Below are positions 58,387 to 64,000 of a stretch of 64,000 bases of DNA, piece by piece. A program made the position numbers and the translations under genes. This stretch comes from a virus: IMG/VR virus record IMGVR_UViG_3300046804_003780. One strand, given 5' to 3'. Under the pieces are notes generated by a model, which worked only from the letters and a program-made list of their open reading frames with translations, did no database searches and had not been told where the DNA came from. How positions within the stretch are numbered: position 1 is the stretch's first letter; the number at the start of each line of letters is the position of its first letter.

Positions 58387-58397
58387 AATACCTTTAT

Positions 58398-59390
58398 TTA
58401 GGCAGTTTTACTTTGCCTTGCACGAATCATTGCTAGAATGTCCTGTGCTTTGTCGCTTGTTGGTGCTGTTGGAACTTTGACAGGTTGTGAAGCTGTTTCT
58501 GGCTCGTCATCCCAAGGTGCTGATTCTGCTATGGGTGCGGTTGTGGCAGCAGTAGCTTGAACTGCTGTTCCCTGTTCTTCCACCTTTGCACCTGCTGGTA
58601 TATCAACTCCGTAAGGGCGATAATATGCACCCCAACGATCTGGATCATATGGACGACCATCTACACTTGCTTCAAACATTTCTTTAATGATGCGTAATTC
58701 TGCTTCGCTAGGTTTCTTAGGAAGAAAATCTGCAAGATTAAAAAGACCATGTGCTTCAATGGCTGCTTGTTCTTGTTCGGTTAGTGCTGATTCTCTGCGA
58801 CTCCATGTGCTTGTGCTATAATCAGCATACCCACCTTTACTTGTTTTAGTAACACGGAAATCTAAACCACGTACATAGTCTGTAGGTAGTTCTAAAATTT
58901 CTGGATCCATCAAACTTGATTTGATAATCGTAAAAATTTGTGGGCTGATAATAAATCTGCGAATTGGGTTAGCAGGAGTTTTATCGTCACCTATTGGATT
59001 TTGACGTACAAAACCTTGAAAGATGTAACTGCGTTTCTTCCAATATTTGTTAGCCATTTCTTTTAAACTTTCATCTTTGTACCAAGGACGAACCTCTGCT
59101 AGTACAGGACAACTGTCTCCATACATTTCTACACATGGAACTTGTACTTGTACTTGTTTAACAGCACTGTCACCCTTAACACCATTAAATGGAAGTTTAA
59201 TAATTTGACGTTCTACCCAAAAAAATGTATTAGATGAATTACCGTCTGGTAAAAAGCGCAATGTTGCACTCGTACCTTCATCCATATTCCAGTGGGGATA
59301 GATTGCGTTATCTGATTGAGTATTTGAAGTACTACTTGATTTGTTTTCTTGCGCAGCGATACGTGCGCGGATTTCTGCTAGACTTGCCAT
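58398..59390 (-). CDS. Single-stranded DNA-binding protein (gp32-like)
   Basis: LRFLPD, PC.E.YG..CPV, YWKKRSY, G.DF...K..KGGYADY..S.W, low-complexity C-terminal tail. Confidence 0.9.
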   Translation of the reverse strand: MASLAEIRARIAAQENKSSSTSNTQSDNAIYPHWNMDEGTSATLRFLPDGNSSNTFFWVERQIIKLPFNGVKGDSAVKQVQVQVPCVEMYGDSCPVLAEVRPWYKDESLKEMANKYWKKRSYIFQGFVRQNPIGDDKTPANPIRRFIISPQIFTIIKSSLMDPEILELPTDYVRGLDFRVTKTSKGGYADYSTSTWSRRESALTEQEQAAIEAHGLFNLADFLPKKPSEAELRIIKEMFEASVDGRPYDPDRWGAYYRPYGVDIPAGAKVEEQGTAVQATAATTAPIAESAPWDDEPETASQPVKVPTAPTSDKAQDILAMIRARQSKTA

Positions 59391-59432
59391 AATGTTTTCC
59401 TTTGCCTTAAGATGGTCTTTATTTGAGTATTC

Positions 59433-59500
59433 GCCACTCCCTATGAGTGACTGATAACATGATTATACATTAATATAATCATGTTAACAATAGTATTTAT
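59433..59500 (-). promoter_or_regulatory. gp32 control region: late promoter, sigma70 promoter inside a 13-bp palindrome, leader hairpin
   Basis: ATAAATA at 59494-59500; TTGTTA-N17-TATAAT; perfect inverted repeat TAACATGATTATA-N6-TATAATCATGTTA at 59455-59486; GUCACUC-AUAGG-GAGUGGC at 59433-59451. Confidence 0.65.
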
Positions 59501-59523
59501 CCCAGTTACGGGAAAATAATTTT

Positions 59524-61236
59524 TTAATTTATTCCAGAAAGTTTCTTAATTCTAGCTAGCAATGGATCTACACTTTCAAATCCAACTGCGTAACCCTTAA
59601 AGGGATGTTGTTTTGGTTCTTTACCAAGTACTGGGCTGATGCCTTTTGCCTTTTTCGTTGGTCCTAATTGTTTTGCTTTTGTTTGTTGTTTGTTTAATGA
59701 TTCATCAACATTTTGGTCTATACCAGCTTCGATTTCCTCTAAGTAGGCGTCAAGTATTTGTTGAACATCTTGCAAATCTATATTAACCGCTTTTGCAATT
59801 TCAGGATCACGATATCCTTTAATTGCAAGTTCAACTATTTTACCAATTAATTCTTCATCTAATTCTCTATCATTTTCCATTACAGGGGCTGCAGGTTGTT
59901 GAGGCATTTGTGGCGCAGGTTGAGGAGCAGGCGCTGGCGGGACTTGGGCTGCCGGTGATGGTACCTGTATATCACCTTTCATAATACTTTTAATTTCATT
60001 GGCTAAATCATGCAAGTCATGGTCGTCTGTGCGTTGCGCCCAACTTAAAATAACCTCACGTGCATCTGCATCCACATCAGTTGATGCTAATTCATCTAGT
60101 TCACCAAATAAATCTTCATTTTCTAGGTTATATTTTGATAAAATATTTTTTGCATTTATTGCATCGTCACCAACTGGTATTTCTTCCGTAAACTGTGCTG
60201 CTAAATCTTTTATTTGTAAATTATTATGTGGCTTAAGTTTTTCATTAATTATATTGTTCGTCCATTCTTCTAATTCGGTAACCTCATCAATTTTACCTGA
60301 CACTTTATGAATGCGTACTAATACCGGCATCGCTCTTTCAATACGTGGATCTATACTAGAACTCATAAACATTTCTGCAAGATCAGGTTGACCGATTCCC
60401 ATATCTTCATTAAGTGTAGGAGTCCAATTTTCAAAGTAGGTATTATACCCACGTTTACCTGCTAATTTTTGTAATGACTCACGCAACTTAAGATAATGTT
60501 CTACCCCTTCATTTACTAATACTTGCGTACTTTCGTTAAACTGTCCGTTACGTGTGGCGCGTACAAATCCTGCCATACTAGTATATTCTTCAACTAAATT
60601 GTGAATATGATTCCAACGGTCATCATTTACTTTTCCACCTTCTGCAATATGTCTTGCATAGATTCTTGCTATTCCTGGTTTTTTAGTATCTAACAGAAAT
60701 CTTTCTCCGTTAACGTTTTCTAAATAAATTTTTTCAACGTTTCTAAAACGCTGCATTCCCTCTTCCATATTCTTACTGTGTTGAATTTTTATCTTTACGT
60801 TTGGTACACTATCATTTAAACTTATTCGTCTTCCTAATGGATGATATCCTTCACTGATATTTTTACTATCTTCTCTCTTAGCCATTTCATCCTCTAAATT
60901 TCCAATATCATCACGCTCATATCCAAGTTGGTGATCATGTGCCCAATTTTTAATATAATTTGAAACTTCATTGAAAGACATTCCATCTTTATCTTTGCTA
61001 TGATTAGGGCTATTCAATACCTCATCCTCAGGCCAAACCACTACGTTTTTGCCTATAACTGCGGTATACACTTGTCCATAGTCTACGTCATCCATTTTGA
61101 AATCAAACTTAAAAACATCAGTCATCTTACTTAAAGGAACTGGTTTACCTGCGGAGTTTAATCTAATTGGCCTAAATCCTTGGGTTTTTAAAAAGTTATA
61201 AAGTTGATCTTGTAATGATTCTTCTTTAATTGGCAT
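59524..61236 (-). CDS. Hypothetical late/head-associated protein
   Basis: 570 aa, R.(V/I)EKIYLEN..GERFL motif, multiple [LIVM]xE motifs, ends RIKKLSGIN; late promoter 61260. Confidence 0.65.
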   Translation of the reverse strand: MPIKEESLQDQLYNFLKTQGFRPIRLNSAGKPVPLSKMTDVFKFDFKMDDVDYGQVYTAVIGKNVVVWPEDEVLNSPNHSKDKDGMSFNEVSNYIKNWAHDHQLGYERDDIGNLEDEMAKREDSKNISEGYHPLGRRISLNDSVPNVKIKIQHSKNMEEGMQRFRNVEKIYLENVNGERFLLDTKKPGIARIYARHIAEGGKVNDDRWNHIHNLVEEYTSMAGFVRATRNGQFNESTQVLVNEGVEHYLKLRESLQKLAGKRGYNTYFENWTPTLNEDMGIGQPDLAEMFMSSSIDPRIERAMPVLVRIHKVSGKIDEVTELEEWTNNIINEKLKPHNNLQIKDLAAQFTEEIPVGDDAINAKNILSKYNLENEDLFGELDELASTDVDADAREVILSWAQRTDDHDLHDLANEIKSIMKGDIQVPSPAAQVPPAPAPQPAPQMPQQPAAPVMENDRELDEELIGKIVELAIKGYRDPEIAKAVNIDLQDVQQILDAYLEEIEAGIDQNVDESLNKQQTKAKQLGPTKKAKGISPVLGKEPKQHPFKGYAVGFESVDPLLARIKKLSGIN

Positions 61237-61265
61237 GTTGGAATTCTCTCAATAAACAGTATTTA

Positions 61266-62813
61266 TCAGCCAAGCACCGCATAGAAGGGCAATGGGGCCA
61301 AAAATTCATCATAATCACGAATTTGAGACTCAAGTTCACTAACATAATTACCAAGGTCCTGTAACATTCTGGTTACTAATAATGTAGCCATAACTAAATC
61401 ATCGGTTTCTCCTACTTTTGCTTTGTACGACCCTGAGTTTGCAACAAAATTCTTCATCTCTGTCACCAAAGATTTACTATGTATTTTCATGCGTTTTGAT
61501 TCTACAAGATGCTTAAATTTTGCACATGCCGCCAATTTAGATTTTTGTGTTGTATTGTAACCCTTACGTTTTTTTACTCCTGACTCAGTTAAAAAAGTAC
61601 CAGGAATATTATGTTCTCCGTATTCTTGTAAAGACATTAGTGCAGCTTCACCAATAGAATTATTTTCAATACTATAGTAAATATTATTTGGTTCTTTGGT
61701 TAGATCAACTATATAATCTGTTATCTGTTTCATTAAACGTATTTGTTCAGGTATTACAGTTTGATTATGTTTCCATTCACCAACTTGAGTTGTTGTGTTT
61801 GCCTCAAATATTTGTATTGCTGCTGGGTCGCTACCTGTACCTAAACTAGGATCAAGAGCTAGGACGTAAATATTACCGGAAGTTGGTTTTTTATACCAAC
61901 GTACCTGACCTTGTTTATATATAGGTTCTATACCTTCTAGTTCAAATAAAGCACTTGGACTAATTAATGTTTCATCAGCAATAATAAATTCACAATCCAT
62001 CTCACGACGGAATCTATCAGAACCTAATTGAGCTTTCATTTCTATTGCCCATCGTTCATCTCGTTCAGGATGCTCATGCCAATAAGCACGATAGGCTTTA
62101 AACCCATTTACTCCCACTTCAGTTTGATTTCCGAACTCATCTTCAGTTTTGTTAGCCATCTTCCAAATAAGTGCGAACTGATCTTCGTCACTGTTTGGTG
62201 TACTTGTGATAATTGCTTTACCACCAGTTGATAGTGTTGGTGTAATAGAAGTCCAAAACTCTTGTGCTATGGTAGGTCTTACGAAAGCAAATTCGTCAAG
62301 ATATAATAATGAAATAGAAAGACCACGACCTGTATTTTCAGTGGTTGTTGCACTAATTATACGACTACCGTTATCAAAGTCTAATGATCCTTTGTTGTAT
62401 GTTACAACACCTGCTTTAATATGTAATGGACAATTTTCATATGCATATCGAATACGTTGCATAATCTCTTGTGCACCTGCATACTTGTGTGCGGCAATTA
62501 ATATTGTACTGTCAGGTACAAACATAGCATACCAAAGTAAATAACCAGCTGCACTTGTTGATTTACCAGTTTGTCGTGGCATTAGTGAAATTGAAAAACG
62601 ATACTTATGATATGTTTCGATTAATCGTTCTTGATAGTCCCACGGATGATACTGCATTGCTCCCTTAGTTGGATGCTGAATCATAAAGAAGTTATCCATA
62701 AAGTAAAGATAACCAGTTGCAGGATCACTACATTTGATAAAATCTTCTAGTTGTTTATCATCCGCAAATACTGTTTTTGCGTAAGGGGTTTTAATTAAGG
62801 TAGGAATACTCAT
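61266..62813 (-). CDS. Terminase large subunit (gp17-like)
   Basis: PRQTGKS Walker A, LLYLDEFAF Walker B, IITSTPN, LDPS.G, IENN..G, DDLVMA nuclease motifs. Confidence 0.96.
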   Translation of the reverse strand: MSIPTLIKTPYAKTVFADDKQLEDFIKCSDPATGYLYFMDNFFMIQHPTKGAMQYHPWDYQERLIETYHKYRFSISLMPRQTGKSTSAAGYLLWYAMFVPDSTILIAAHKYAGAQEIMQRIRYAYENCPLHIKAGVVTYNKGSLDFDNGSRIISATTTENTGRGLSISLLYLDEFAFVRPTIAQEFWTSITPTLSTGGKAIITSTPNSDEDQFALIWKMANKTEDEFGNQTEVGVNGFKAYRAYWHEHPERDERWAIEMKAQLGSDRFRREMDCEFIIADETLISPSALFELEGIEPIYKQGQVRWYKKPTSGNIYVLALDPSLGTGSDPAAIQIFEANTTTQVGEWKHNQTVIPEQIRLMKQITDYIVDLTKEPNNIYYSIENNSIGEAALMSLQEYGEHNIPGTFLTESGVKKRKGYNTTQKSKLAACAKFKHLVESKRMKIHSKSLVTEMKNFVANSGSYKAKVGETDDLVMATLLVTRMLQDLGNYVSELESQIRDYDEFLAPLPFYAVLG

Positions 62814-62831
62814 GCCAGTATTTAGTAACTA

Positions 62832-64000
62832 TTATGTTACTTCTTCCCAATTTACTGCACCGTATACGTTAACGTTGTTACCATTAGTTGTCAAACATAT
62901 TGTTAGCTCCATGGGAGTACTAGTAAATGTGTTTCTTTCTAATTGATATGCGAAAGGATCAGCAACGTCAGCAACACCTGCAAATTGATTACTACCAATA
63001 ATTTGTTTCCATTCGGCTATTCTACCACCAGTAATACTAGTTGCAGTTAAATTATATTCTACTGAACTACTTGTACCTGCGTCTACCCAAGTGCCACCTG
63101 CTGTTGTTCCACCTATTATAATCATAAATCTAAAATTATTATTACCGGTTAGCCCAACACTATAATTTTTAGGTAATACAATAGCACCCATTCTAGTAGA
63201 TTTTAATCTCATACTAAAGATTGGGTATACAGTATTTGGATTTGACAGTACATAAGGGGCATTTAATCCATGACCAATACTCAACGGTCTGCCTGTTAAT
63301 GCGTATCCACCTTCAGAAATAACTGTGCTACAAATTTGTTTATATGTGCTACTGCTTGTAGTTATTCCGGTGTTTTCTATTTCCATTCGCACTGGTAAAC
63401 ATGCGGTAGTCATATATGTTGATGAAATAATATTTGCATGTTGGAACACATGTGCCAATATAAATTGACCGTTGATTACAAATCCACATCTAACACTACC
63501 TACTCCTAACCACTCTATATCAAAAAATAAAATTTGTGCTTTAGTCATATCAAGCACGACACCTGATTCACCTGTTCCGTCTAATGGATCTACATTCCAA
63601 TCAGCTTGATTTGCAGTTTCATATACTATTGATCCGGTAACATACGAACGAATTCTAAATTTTAACGCAGTTCCATCTTGCTCTAAAAATACCCCATTGT
63701 TGGTATCAAAATATCCTATTCGTTGGCGAAGATTTGTCTTTGCGGGCGACATAACAAATGTAGTTAATATTTGTAAACTTTTTCCAGGCTGATATGCAAA
63801 TACACGATTACTTTCTCTATACACTGCATCACCGCTTGCAGTGCCAACCGTGCAATTAATTAATCCTGCGTTATCATCGAACGTTGCGGTAGCATCTCCA
63901 TTGGTGTAAGTGCTAATTTTACCGTTATCATTATAACGATGAAAACTATCAAATAAAGTTAATGGATTGCTTACACGTAATCTACCGAATGCATCGTTCG
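62832..64000 (-). CDS. Virion structural protein, 5'-partial
   Basis: Frame stays open to the right edge: NDAFGRLRVSNPLTLFDS...YQPGKS...DIEWLGVGSVRCGF...TACLPVR.EI.N...CSTVISEGG...NWEE. Confidence 0.7.
   Translation of the reverse strand, partial: NDAFGRLRVSNPLTLFDSFHRYNDNGKISTYTNGDATATFDDNAGLINCTVGTASGDAVYRESNRVFAYQPGKSLQILTTFVMSPAKTNLRQRIGYFDTNNGVFLEQDGTALKFRIRSYVTGSIVYETANQADWNVDPLDGTGESGVVLDMTKAQILFFDIEWLGVGSVRCGFVINGQFILAHVFQHANIISSTYMTTACLPVRMEIENTGITTSSSTYKQICSTVISEGGYALTGRPLSIGHGLNAPYVLSNPNTVYPIFSMRLKSTRMGAIVLPKNYSVGLTGNNNFRFMIIIGGTTAGGTWVDAGTSSSVEYNLTATSITGGRIAEWKQIIGSNQFAGVADVADPFAYQLERNTFTSTPMELTICLTTNGNNVNVYGAVNWEEVT

Larger units (their letters stand above)
1951..61266. promoter_or_regulatory. 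Dispersed family of T4-type late promoters (core TAAATA, mostly ATAAATA)
   Basis: Motif lies just upstream of gene starts on the coding strand. Minus strand: 1951, 8071, 8586, 11219, 14873, 16759, 23088, 24341, 39171, 41325, 42267, 42739, 43784, 46982, 59494, 61260 (also 62819). Plus strand: 14928, 18808, 47038. Matches the T4 gp55-dependent TATAAATA. Confidence 0.85.

Noticed and set aside
1-64000. Stop-codon reassignment, introns or active inteins
   Set aside because: Core genes are full length and tightly packed under the standard code; terminase, helicases and UvsX have normal sizes

Overview
AT-rich (roughly one-third GC by eye), densely coding segment of a large lytic T4-like myovirus, mostly on the minus strand. 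No integrase, tRNA, rRNA or CRISPR array was seen. Morphogenesis genes: large terminase gp17, probable small terminase gp16, head completion gp4, neck gp13/gp14, tail terminator gp15, an enlarged sheath gp18, tube gp19 plus a tube-like paralogue, a 4925-aa fibre protein and further fibre/virion proteins. T4-type replication and recombination genes: gp32, UvsX, UvsY, UvsW, gp41, gp61, a gp62-like subunit and exonucleases. Auxiliary genes: dNMP kinase, MazG, NUDIX, pirin and IscA; the IscA looks betaproteobacterial, hinting at the host. About 20 T4-type late promoters (TAAATA core) and several sigma70 promoters are visible. Most notable observations: (1) a 192-aa miniature DnaE (family C) polymerase core coupled to a DEDDh exonuclease, probably half of a split enzyme; (2) a 1737-aa probable head-packaged polyprotein studded with gp21-type cleavage sites, whose N-terminal segment resembles a TonB anchor and spacer and carries a TonB-box-like motif; (3) repeated promoter-to-ATG spacing that predicts leaderless mRNAs at both promoter classes; (4) a three-way-junction RNA leader upstream of a virion gene; (5) an (A-B-B)x5-B super-repeat in the giant fibre; (6) a catalytically dead Hint-like protein and tandem small-gene families. 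All protein calls come from motif recognition, not database searches.
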